A DNA stretch of 64,000 nt from positions 248,001 to 312,000 of the forward strand of contig JAANOX010000011.1 in NCBI GenBank assembly GCA_020184695.1, in the 5' to 3' direction. Position 1 is the first letter of the stretch; the number at the start of each line of letters is the position of its first letter. Under the pieces are notes generated by a model. It made no database searches. It saw nothing but the letters and a program-made list of their open reading frames with translations, and was not told the DNA's origin. The translations under genes were made by a program, and so were the position numbers. This document shows, in pieces, positions 35,345-45,682 of the stretch. The DNA is from Histomonas meleagridis 2922-C6/04-290x. Lineage: Eukaryota > Protista > Parabasalia.

Positions 35345-35716
35345 TTAGGCCTTAAGAGCAAATTTGACTGGTTTGAGATACTTCGCACGACGAGCAGCTC
35401 TCTTGGTAAGCTTGTTTGCATACTTAGCTGGAAGGACTTTACGTTGAGCCTTTACTTGCTTCTTACGAATATCCTTTGGTATTAATTTCTTGCCTTGGTA
35501 TTTTTCGTTAAGTGCTTTGCGTTGTTGTTCCATGAGGACTGTTTTAACACGAGCAACATCACGACGAACATTAAGGATTTCTGAAAGCTTTTGGCGGGAA
35601 GATGATGTAGCTATTTGACCACGGAGTTCAAAAAGCTTCTTCTCGAGAGTGGCGAGCTCTTCAAGAAGATCAGCACGTGATTTTTGGATCAGTTCGTGAG
35701 CTTTAAGATGTCCCAT
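35345..35716 (-). CDS. RPL35: 60S ribosomal protein L35 (uL29)
   Basis: MGHLKAHELIQKSRADLLEELATLEKKLFELRGQ...KLSEILNVRRDVARVKTV...KYQGKKLIPKDIRKKQVKAQR; high-expression codon usage. Confidence 0.93.
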   Translation of the reverse strand: MGHLKAHELIQKSRADLLEELATLEKKLFELRGQIATSSSRQKLSEILNVRRDVARVKTVLMEQQRKALNEKYQGKKLIPKDIRKKQVKAQRKVLPAKYANKLTKRAARRAKYLKPVKFALKA

Positions 35717-35829
35717 TTTTAAAGGCCGACCAATTGTCACTTTTAATTTTTGGGGGTGCCCGCGGCGGTTAATTTGACAAGTTTATATGAATCGGCATTA
35801 TTTACCTAATTTAAAACGTTGCAACCTAA
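35717..35829. promoter_or_regulatory. Short bidirectional intergenic/promoter region between RPL35 and ATG3
   Basis: Head-to-head starts 113 bp apart, with a small GC-rich core (gggggtgcccgcggcgg) in an AT-rich genome. Confidence 0.45.
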
Positions 35830-36603
35830 ATGAAACACGCATTATACGAAAAATTCATGAACATTGTAACTCCTTATCTGAAGGTTCAACACTCTTCAAC
35901 GCTTCTCAAGGATGGCAAAATAACCCCTGAAGAATTTGTTATTGCAGGAGATTCATTAATTTCAGTTTGTCCAAATTGGTCTTGGTCTTCAGCTGAGTCA
36001 TCAAAATGTGTAGACTATCTTCCCAAAGATAAACAATTTTTAATTAATAGAAGAATTATTTCTCAATTACGTGCTACAGATTTCAACAAACTAACTACTT
36101 TTGAAACTGATCTTCCAGAAGGATGGATTCAATGTGGTGAACCAGCCAAGGAAGTTGATCTTGAAGATGATGATCAAGTTATCGATCTCGATGAGATTGA
36201 TATTGATTCCATCGAACAAGAAGAGCCTATTGTTGAACCAACAGTTGATTTCCGGACTTATGACATATCTATAGTATACGATAAATATTACAGTGTTCCA
36301 CATATTTACATGTTTGGCGTTGATTCCATTGGCCAGCAGCTTACTTTGGAAGAAATGTACCAAGACATAAGTGCAGAACATGCTGAAAAGACCGTTACTC
36401 TTGAGAAGCATCCTTTTTATGATATGAAATGCTTATCAATTCATCCATGCCACCACGCCACTGTGATGATGGACTTTATAGAAAGGCTAGAGAACCCCGA
36501 AAAGTTCTGTGCGCCTTTATATTTTTTCTTGTTCCTTAAATTTATACATACAGTAATTCCAACAATAGATGTAAGTACACCAACAATTGAAATTGGTGAA
36601 TAA
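35830..36603 (+). CDS. ATG3: Autophagy E2-like conjugating enzyme Atg3
   Basis: GKITPEEFVIAGDSLISVCPNWSW, YLPKDKQFLINR, acidic flexible region, RTYDISIVYDKYYSVPHIYMFG, catalytic SIHPCHHA and FLKFIHTVIPTI. Confidence 0.95.
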   Translation: MKHALYEKFMNIVTPYLKVQHSSTLLKDGKITPEEFVIAGDSLISVCPNWSWSSAESSKCVDYLPKDKQFLINRRIISQLRATDFNKLTTFETDLPEGWIQCGEPAKEVDLEDDDQVIDLDEIDIDSIEQEEPIVEPTVDFRTYDISIVYDKYYSVPHIYMFGVDSIGQQLTLEEMYQDISAEHAEKTVTLEKHPFYDMKCLSIHPCHHATVMMDFIERLENPEKFCAPLYFFLFLKFIHTVIPTIDVSTPTIEIGE

Positions 36604-36870
36604 AATAATACTATCTTGATGTTTTTTAATAATAAATAATATTTTCTAAAGATGAAAAATATTTATTCAATTTAACATTATCTTTTCCCTTGTTTAAAAT
36701 AGAATTATGGCGTTTCTTTTTAATGTCTTTGAAATAATTTTTAATGTATTCCTAAAGAAGATATCTTTCAGTAATTAATTACTAAGTGAAAATGTATCGG
36801 CGTGAAACAGATTATTTTTCACATAGTCAGTCAATTATTTGAGTCATGATGGTCCGATAGGAAGCAAAAG

Positions 36871-38004
36871 ATGTTTTTCCTCTTTTCTGTTTGTTTCATT
36901 GCTGAAAAATTTGATAGGCATCTATTTAATTCAACAAATACATCATATAATCTTCCACATATTATTTTCCCTTATTATAATTACCAATCTGAAGAATTTT
37001 CAATTTTCAACCAATTTTGTAATGAATCATCTGATTCTACAGATTTTGTAATTGCCTTAGTAAATTGCGATAAATCACCAACTTTATGTTCGAAATTGAA
37101 GCTTAAACCTGGTAAAGTTCATATTTCATTTCCACCACATAAGAATATCCTTCAATCGAAGCGTCCTATGACAATCGATTCAATTCGTCAACTCTCTGAA
37201 GATGTCAAATGCCAAGGTTATCATGAATTAAATACCCTTGAAGAAGTCAAATCATTTTCATCTCGCACACCACTTTTTTGTCTTGTAGCTCGAGCAAATG
37301 CCGGTGATCTTGAAATTAAGCTTCCAATTCTTCGTGAGCTCTCTCAAAATTTCATTCATCATGATATCAAATTTGGTCTCATTACTGAAATGTCTCTATA
37401 CGAAACCTTTTCACATTATCCCCTTACTTCTTTTGTTTACATATCTCCCAATCTTAAATTCACTTCATTTCGAAATGATTTCACATTACAAAATCTCATA
37501 ACTTTTATCTATTTACATGAGCAACATCCATGGGATAGCCCATTACCACCAATTACACCATCAATAACCTATGTAGGCCCTACTGTTGATTCCAATACGC
37601 GAAAACATTTTTTGGAATATGAAGCTAAGTATCCATTTGTACATGTAAACAACATCAATGATCCCGTTTTAGCACGTTCCATATGTCAAAACACGTCGAG
37701 TTGTTTTGCTGTTGTTGATTTTAATAAATTTAAATCAGTTCGCTTCGAAATTGATGATAACGATGAAGATCAAATAACAAATCTAATGAGCCAATTCGAA
37801 GAAGAATGGAAAAACATTCCAATTTTGAAGCGGATAAAGATTTCGGCTGAAATATCATTTGCGTTGTACTCAAAGGTATATTATGTTGTAGGAATGATAA
37901 TAGTGATTGTGGTTGTGGCAGTGATAATGTTCTTTATGGATATGAATAGAGAAATAGAAGACACAAGAATAGCGAAAAAAGAAAAGAAGCAAAAGAAACA
38001 TTAA
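36871..38004 (+). CDS. Secretory-pathway type-I membrane protein with probable thioredoxin-like folds
   Basis: Hydrophobic N-terminus, ALVNCDKSPTLCSKL (PDI-like segment without CxxC), a TM near the C-terminus and a lysine-rich tail KKQKKH. Confidence 0.55.
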   Translation: MFFLFSVCFIAEKFDRHLFNSTNTSYNLPHIIFPYYNYQSEEFSIFNQFCNESSDSTDFVIALVNCDKSPTLCSKLKLKPGKVHISFPPHKNILQSKRPMTIDSIRQLSEDVKCQGYHELNTLEEVKSFSSRTPLFCLVARANAGDLEIKLPILRELSQNFIHHDIKFGLITEMSLYETFSHYPLTSFVYISPNLKFTSFRNDFTLQNLITFIYLHEQHPWDSPLPPITPSITYVGPTVDSNTRKHFLEYEAKYPFVHVNNINDPVLARSICQNTSSCFAVVDFNKFKSVRFEIDDNDEDQITNLMSQFEEEWKNIPILKRIKISAEISFALYSKVYYVVGMIIVIVVVAVIMFFMDMNREIEDTRIAKKEKKQKKH

Positions 38005-38604
38005 AATATATTATTGATTTATTGGTTTATTTTAGTAAAAAATATATAAAGAATTAAATTTTTATTCATTTTTTTTTGTTGGCATTTATTAGTTCTAACA
38101 AACATTTTCCTTAAAATAAAACGAAAACGAATGATATTTTTTTGAAAAATCTTTCATCCTTTATTTATATTATTCTTTTCAGAAAAAAATATTTTGAACG
38201 AATCGAGTTTTTAAAAGCGACAAAGACAAAGCGCATGTTTAATTGTTTGGTTTATTCAGTATAGGTATTTCGCAGCGATTGATCTGAAAGTGATCGTTTC
38301 TGCACCACGACTTTTATCTTCAAGTGAGGTACTACGATTCAGAACAATTGAATATTTTACAATTTTATAAATTTATGATATCATTCAAAATTGTTTTATA
38401 TCATATTTTATTTGATGAATTAATTTTCCCAAATAAATTTTTAAATATTCTACTCCCTTCATTTTTAGAAAAAAAATTCATTGGAAATTTAATTTTATAT
38501 CATTTTTATTATGAAATATTTTTATTCGATCAAAACGGTTATCGTTCTATCGGTTATTGAATTCTTATGACCGTTTATTGTACAAATCAGCTGAGAAATT
38601 CAAA

Positions 38605-39792
38605 ATGTCACTCAGCAGCGAAAATGTGTTTGAAACATTAAGTTCTCCTCCAAACCAATCTCCCATTGATCAAGCTACTTCAGGAGCTCCTTCACAAGAA
38701 GCTATTGAAGAAATGGGAATTCAAAACGTTGCGTCATTATCCCAAAAATACAATAATGAAGATCCACAGACAACAACTTGGATAGGGGGAGCTCCTGAAT
38801 TTCAAGAAATTGATTATCCTTATGCACTAAAAAGATTTGATTATCCACCAGATTTTGCTAAAAAATTTAATCAATCACCAGCAACAGCAATCACAGAAAT
38901 ACAAGAAACTATGAAGCAGCTTAAAGAAGAAAGTAACCTTGGTCCTTTTTTAATGCATTGTCCAGGTATTTATCCAAGGGCTCTAGCTCATTATGTTTTC
39001 TCAAGCCCAAGCACTTCTCACACATTATTATATTATTATTTTGATTCTGTTAACATTGAATATATGTCAATTCCAAAAGCTGCTCGATTATTATTATCAC
39101 GAATTGCATTTCCAATCAATCAAAAACATCTTGCAGTATTGTTTGATTCGTTTGCTGATGTTTACTCTACTGCTAATCCATATCTTGTTATCTCCCGAAA
39201 AGATATTGCACAAATTACTGTTGCTTGCATTGTTTTCTCCATATTCTATCGGAAAACAAAAGTATTGCCAATGGCTGAGTTCCTTTCCTTCATAAAAGGT
39301 GTCAAACTCCCTGATGGATATAAAGAGAAAATTTATTATGAGTTGAAAGATAACCCGATTCCAGTCTTTTTCGGGTTTTCTGTTTCATTAGAAGAGCCAA
39401 ATTACAATAAATCGGGTATTTTAAAGAGAGAAACTGGTGGAGTATTCAAAGGCAAATTTTCGAAAAGATTTTACATCATTGACCATTTCAACCTTAAGTA
39501 CTTCAAAGATGAAACAGTATCAGAGCTGATTGGCCAAGTTGAACTTGACGGTTCGTATACCCAATTTTTCCCTGCAAATAAGAAAGAACCACCTCACATA
39601 GTCATCAGGAAGCTTAATGGTGGGCCTGTTGGATACGTCTATACAAAAGACATGGAGAAAAAGAGGATAAAAGATACAGAACATGTTGTATACGATAATG
39701 ATGTGGAAAATTTGATATCATGGACTTGCGCTCTTAACTACGTTTCATTTTGGTCAATCTTGGACGAGTTCACAATTGACTCAAGGAGGTAA
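38605..39792 (+). CDS. Sec7-like domain plus PH domain protein (cytohesin/ARNO-like architecture)
   Basis: Sec7-like helix pattern SIPKAARLLLSRIAFPINQKHLAVLFDSFADVYSTANP...IYYELKDNPI, followed by the PH domain KSGILKRETGGVFKGKFSKRFYIIDHFNLKYFKD...LISWTCALN. Confidence 0.75.
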   Translation: MSLSSENVFETLSSPPNQSPIDQATSGAPSQEAIEEMGIQNVASLSQKYNNEDPQTTTWIGGAPEFQEIDYPYALKRFDYPPDFAKKFNQSPATAITEIQETMKQLKEESNLGPFLMHCPGIYPRALAHYVFSSPSTSHTLLYYYFDSVNIEYMSIPKAARLLLSRIAFPINQKHLAVLFDSFADVYSTANPYLVISRKDIAQITVACIVFSIFYRKTKVLPMAEFLSFIKGVKLPDGYKEKIYYELKDNPIPVFFGFSVSLEEPNYNKSGILKRETGGVFKGKFSKRFYIIDHFNLKYFKDETVSELIGQVELDGSYTQFFPANKKEPPHIVIRKLNGGPVGYVYTKDMEKKRIKDTEHVVYDNDVENLISWTCALNYVSFWSILDEFTIDSRR

Positions 39793-39918
39793 TGGAAAGT
39801 TTTGGGGCACCCTTCATTTTTTTAGATTCATAAACGAACAAATTCAAAAAGTTTTAACTAATTTTGGATGAAATTGTTCAATTAAAAAAATTTACATATT
39901 AAGTAATTTCTCATTAAT

Positions 39919-42321
39919 TAATTTCATATATTCACATTAAGTAATTTCACATATTCACATTAAGTAATTTCATATATTCACATTAAGTAATTTCACATAT
40001 TCACATTAAGTAATTTCATATATTCACATTAAGTAATTTCATATATTCACATTAAGTAATTTCATATATTCACATTAAGTAATTTCATATATTCACATTA
40101 AGTAATTTCATATATTCACATTAAGTAATTTCATATATTCACATTAAGTAATTTCATATATTCACATTAAGTAATTTCATATATTCACATTAAGTAATTT
40201 CATATATTCACATTAAGTAATTTCATATATTCACATTAAGTAATTTCACATATTCACATTAAGTAATTTCATATATTCACATTAAGTAATTTCATATATT
40301 CACATTAAGTAATTTCATATATTCACATTAAGTAATTTCATATATTCACATTAAGTAATTTCACATATTCACATTAAGTAATTTCATATATTCACATTAA
40401 GTAATTTTCACATATTCACATTAAGTAATTTCATATATTCACATTAAGTAATTTCATATATTCACATTAAGTAATTTCATATATTCACATTAAGTAATTT
40501 CATATATTCACATTAAGTAATTTCATATATTCACATTAAGTAATTTCATATATTCACATTAAGTAATTTCATATATTCACATTAAGTAATTTCATATATT
40601 CACATTAAGTAATTTCACATATTCACATTAAGTAATTTCATATATTCACATTAAGTAATTTCATATATTCACATTAAGTAATTTCATATATTCACATTAA
40701 GTAATTTCATATATTCACATTAAGTAATTTCATATATTCACATTAAGTAATTTCACATATTCACATTAAGTAATTTCATATATTCACATTAAGTAATTTC
40801 ATATATTCACATTAAGTAATTTCATATATTCACATTAAGTAATTTCATATATTCACATTAAGTAATTTCATATATTCACATTAAGTAATTTCATATATTC
40901 ACATTAAGTAATTTCATATATTCACATTAAGTAATTTCATATATTCACATTAAGTAATTTCACATATTCACATTAAGTAATTTTATATATTCACATTAAG
41001 TAATTTCACATATTCACATTAAGTAATTTCATATATTCACATTAAGTAATTTCATATATTCACATTAAGTAATTTCACATATTCACATTAAGTAATTTCA
41101 TATATTCACATTAAGTAATTTCATATATTCACATTAAGTAATTTCATATATTCACATTAAGTAATTTCATATATTCACATTAAGTAATTTCATATATTCA
41201 CATTAAGTAATTTCATATATTCACATTAAGTAATTTCACATATTCACATTAAGTAATTTCATATATTCACATTAAGTAATTTCATATATTCACATTAAGT
41301 AATTTCATATATTCACATTAAGTAATTTCATATATTCACATTAAGTAATTTCATATATTCACATTAAGTAATTTCATATATTCACATTAAGTAATTTCAC
41401 ATATTCACATTAAGTAATTTCATATATTCACATTAAGTAATTTCATATATTCACATTAAGTAATTTCATATATTCACATTAAGTAATTTCATATATTCAC
41501 ATTAAGTAATTTCACATATTCACATTAAGTAATTTCACATATTCACATTAAGTAATTTCATATATTCACATTAAGTAATTTCACATATTCACATTAAGTA
41601 ATTTCATATATTCACATTAAGTAATTTCATATATTCACATTAAGTAATTTCATATATTCACATTAAGTAATTTCATATATTCACATTAAGTAATTTCATA
41701 TATTCACATTAAGTAATTTCATATATTCACATTAAGTAATTTCATATATTCACATTAAGTAATTTCACATATTCACATTAAGTAATTTCATATATTCACA
41801 TTAAGTAATTTCATATATTCACATTAAGTAATTTCATATATTCACATTAAGTAATTTCATATATTCACATTAAGTAATTTCATATATTCACATTAAGTAA
41901 TTTCATATATTCACATTAAGTAATTTCACATATTCACATTAAGTAATTTCATATATTCACATTAAGTAATTTCATATATTCACATTAAGTAATTTCATAT
42001 ATTCACATTAAGTAATTTCATATATTCACATTAAGTAATTTCATATATTCACATTAAGTAATTTCACATATTCACATTAAGTAATTTCATATATTCACAT
42101 TAAGTAATTTCATATATTCACATTAAGTAATTTCATATATTCACATTAAGTAATTTCATATATTCACATTAAGTAATTTCATATATTCACATTAAGTAAT
42201 TTCATATATTCACATTAAGTAATTTCATATATTCACATTAAGTAATTTCACATATTCACATTAAGTAATTTCACATATTCACATTAAGTAATTTCATATA
42301 TTCACATTAAGTAATTTCACA
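39919..42321. repeat. 23-bp tandem satellite (CACATTAAGTAATTTCAYATATT), about 104 copies
   Basis: Near-perfect direct repeats over ~2.4 kb. Almost the only variation is T/C at one site, plus single events near 40405 and 40983. Confidence 0.98.
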
Positions 42322-42361
42322 ACAATTTCAAATTTTTTATCGATTTTTTATATCAAACATT

Positions 42362-45300
42362 CTATCTCTGGCAAATTGCCTCCTGCAAGAACTGCAATTT
42401 GCTCTGATCATTTTCCACGAATTCAGCGCACAGTTCCTTTGCGTTCTGGAGCCTGCTCATTATGTCCAACATCATTTCCCTCATTGCTGCGTAGTCTTCC
42501 ATCTTTATGTGCATGTCGTTCATTATCACCGAGAACGGGTTCGCGAATAGCACCACCAGCACGCGCAGGAACTGTTCGGAGTAATTACTTTGCGCTGCAT
42601 TGTACATTTGCGTCAAGAACTTCGTTATTGGGTTTGAGTCGTTGCAATTGTTCAACTCGTAATCGATTGTCAGTGGCAAGTTCATTAATGCGACTGGTAA
42701 AAACTCGTCGATGTTAATGTTCTCGAACAAGTTCTCATTAATCATTGCGATGAATGCTGACACACAGTTGTCCCTCATCATTAACATCCGCTCTGTCTTT
42801 ATGAAGGGCATCTTCATCTTCTCTAACAAGATGACGTATAATTGGCTCGAATAATTACGTAATAGTTTCGGATTCTTTAAAGCGATCTTTCGGATGGTAT
42901 AAAAAGAGGAATAATCCAAATCATTCTGACACATGGCGACTGCAAACTCGATTGTGTTGATTTGTAATTGAAGATCTGTGGTTTCAGGTGCATTAGAAAC
43001 TAATGATCCAAAAAATCGCATGGCATATGATCGAAAACGTAAGATCGGTTGGTTAATATATAACATAAATGGCTCGATTAAGATGCTTAAGATTTGCGGT
43101 GATTGATTATTAGCGGATTCACAGATCGAATTCAAAAAGTTTAAAATCGCATCAAAAATGTCACGACGATGATCTGACGGACGATACGCGCGAACTTTTT
43201 CACTCAATAAAAACGTTTTGACACACTCCATATACAAATTCATTGAATTTTCAAGGACATCGTACGCTAACCACCAAATGATTGAATACGCAGCGTTAAA
43301 AGCTTCATAATTCACTTCCATGTCATTGTTGATAGATAACATACTTAGAAGAATGTACGAAAACTTTGACACCATGTCACTTTGCTTCTCGTGATTGATA
43401 TGACTAACATTTTCATCAAATTTGGAAAGTGCATATGCTAAATTACTTATGGCTATAGCACATGAACATCGACAATCATTAGAGTATGAGTTACGATGTA
43501 AGTTACAACAGTCAATGATAGTTTTACCTAATTGTGGAAACATATCATATCTATTCGCAACTAAAATACTTAACAATTGTAATGATAAGGCGGAAATATT
43601 AAAGACCATGGTCGGCTCAGTTTCGATTTGTTGGTTATTCAAGTTACTTAAGTATTCTTCAGTATGATCAATTGATGATTGTTGAACAAGAAATTCTAAG
43701 ATAGGTAAAATGGCAATTGGAATGTACTCAGAGTAATAATTCGAGATAACAATTAATGCTTGTAAACATGAAACAGATAAACCGACATCTTTGCTCGACA
43801 AATTTCGATGGAAAAATCGGCAGAACTCTTCAATATAAGGTTTAAATGAATTGCCAATGACTTCGGCAACGTTTGAGATGCAATCGACGGCTGCAGACTT
43901 CAGATGTTCTAATGAGTCAGATGTCGAATTTAATATCTCCCGTAAATGTTGTAATAAATGATCGAAATAAATCGATATCTTAATGGTTGACCATCGCGCT
44001 AAAGATGCTATACATGGTAATGATGCGGTTTGAATATCAGGTGGTCCATTCACCAAACAATTGATTAGAAATGGATACGTGGCATCGAAAAACTCATCAG
44101 TTTTCTTAGTTTTGTATAAAAGTCTTGATAATACTGTTAGTAAATCTGCAGATACATGAGTTTGACATGCGCTAATTACTATTGGAACTAATAACAATGA
44201 TAACTCGTCACTTTCGAACGTGAAAAAGTTAACGAATTCATCGGCAGTACGAGCAGAAGCATCTCTTAATAAATTTGAATTTGACATTATCCCAAGTTTT
44301 AATAACTCGGTTATTTCGCCTAGCTTTTGAACATAGAAGTCAGCAGCATTGCAAAATGTCGCAGCAATAGCCCGAACAAAGAAAAACTTCCCTTCGTTGC
44401 TTTGGCAGTTGTTCGAACAGAGTTCCCAAATTTGGGCGACCGTTTGCGGCGAGTTACAAATTTTTTGTATCGTCGGCTCGAAGAAATTTGCGTTTGTCAA
44501 AAACAATGAATCATCTGGCTCGAATAAACGAAATGAAAACACCATATGCATTTGGATGACAGGGATAAAATATTCACTATTAATTATAAAGTCCGTAAAT
44601 GAAAAACATATACATTGTATTAATGACTGAATAAGATTTAATACTTGATATGATAATGATGGCTCAATAGAAAAATAACTCATACATTTGATGAGTAATA
44701 AACTAGGATCACCTTCATAGATCTTCTCATTTATTGCATACGTAAAAAGATCTATAAGACGATGAAGTTCGGGTGGATTTAAAACATACTTGTCAAGGAT
44801 CTCAATATAACGATCCCAGGCTACTGATGGAGGCGCAAAAAAAATATGTTTTGGAAATAGATTTGTATGAACCATGAAATAAAATGCGGCTAAACGTACT
44901 TCTGGTTGATCAGAGTTAATTCCTTTTTGTAACATTTCTGTAAATAATGGAATAAATGGTGAATAATCTTTTTGAGATCTACTTGGATCAATAAGTGTGG
45001 ATAAAATAAGAGATATTTCTAAATACGCATCGGCCCCAATTTGAATAGCTTGTTGAAGAAAAGAAATTAAGATTTCATCAAATGTATCAACCATTGCAAT
45101 TTGAATTACATCAACCAAATTTCTTCTATTTATCCATACGCTTTCTTTGACGAGTAAATTAAGGAGTTCATGAAAGAGTTGAGTTCTAATTTCTATTGAA
45201 ATCATGTTCCAAACAAGTGGGATAGCTTTCGACAAACCTATTATTGCTGATTGCCTTAACGAAGGGTTATTTGCGGAAGCCTTATAATATCGAATTAATA

Positions 45301-45439
45301 TGTAAATTGATAAAGGGTTTGAGTAAATTTCATTTAATTTTTCTGTAGCACATCGAATTCTTTCATTATCAGTGCCTTCGTGAAGATAATAATAACATTC
45401 GGATATAATTGAGAAACCCTTTTCGAGTTCCTCTTCCAT
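42362..45439 (-). CDS. Importin-beta family HEAT-repeat protein (importin-4/Kap123-like)
   Basis: 1025 aa, all-helical. N-terminal IBN_N-like segment (IRCATEKLNEIY.NP...LRQSAIIGL); HEAT motifs such as EVRLAAF, LRDASARTADEF and LKSAAVDCISNVA. Confidence 0.75.
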   Translation of the reverse strand: MEEELEKGFSIISECYYYLHEGTDNERIRCATEKLNEIYSNPLSIYILIRYYKASANNPSLRQSAIIGLSKAIPLVWNMISIEIRTQLFHELLNLLVKESVWINRRNLVDVIQIAMVDTFDEILISFLQQAIQIGADAYLEISLILSTLIDPSRSQKDYSPFIPLFTEMLQKGINSDQPEVRLAAFYFMVHTNLFPKHIFFAPPSVAWDRYIEILDKYVLNPPELHRLIDLFTYAINEKIYEGDPSLLLIKCMSYFSIEPSLSYQVLNLIQSLIQCICFSFTDFIINSEYFIPVIQMHMVFSFRLFEPDDSLFLTNANFFEPTIQKICNSPQTVAQIWELCSNNCQSNEGKFFFVRAIAATFCNAADFYVQKLGEITELLKLGIMSNSNLLRDASARTADEFVNFFTFESDELSLLLVPIVISACQTHVSADLLTVLSRLLYKTKKTDEFFDATYPFLINCLVNGPPDIQTASLPCIASLARWSTIKISIYFDHLLQHLREILNSTSDSLEHLKSAAVDCISNVAEVIGNSFKPYIEEFCRFFHRNLSSKDVGLSVSCLQALIVISNYYSEYIPIAILPILEFLVQQSSIDHTEEYLSNLNNQQIETEPTMVFNISALSLQLLSILVANRYDMFPQLGKTIIDCCNLHRNSYSNDCRCSCAIAISNLAYALSKFDENVSHINHEKQSDMVSKFSYILLSMLSINNDMEVNYEAFNAAYSIIWWLAYDVLENSMNLYMECVKTFLLSEKVRAYRPSDHRRDIFDAILNFLNSICESANNQSPQILSILIEPFMLYINQPILRFRSYAMRFFGSLVSNAPETTDLQLQINTIEFAVAMCQNDLDYSSFYTIRKIALKNPKLLRNYSSQLYVILLEKMKMPFIKTERMLMMRDNCVSAFIAMINENLFENINIDEFLPVALMNLPLTIDYELNNCNDSNPITKFLTQMYNAAQSNYSEQFLRVLVVLFANPFSVIMNDMHIKMEDYAAMREMMLDIMSRLQNAKELCAEFVENDQSKLQFLQEAICQR

Positions 45440-45682
45440 TTCGATTTGGCTTTTTCAATTACGATTGTCTTTCTGCCAAAATATAACATCATTTAAATTT
45501 ATGAAGTCATTGAAAAAGCTCAATTAAGGTATCAAAAAGCTAGAAACACCATAGAAATTTCTGTTGTTTAACGTACGCAACGGACTTTTTGTAAGCCGAG
45601 CCAAGTGACACATCAAAAACACATAAAAGCCGTTAAAAGTCAATTTTTATTGAAAATAAAATGAAGTAATTATTTTATTTCT

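Noticed and set aside
39919-42321. Telomeric repeat or coding repeat
   Set aside because: The unit is 23 bp and AT-rich with no G-rich strand, it is interstitial between genes, and TAA stops recur as the frame cycles.
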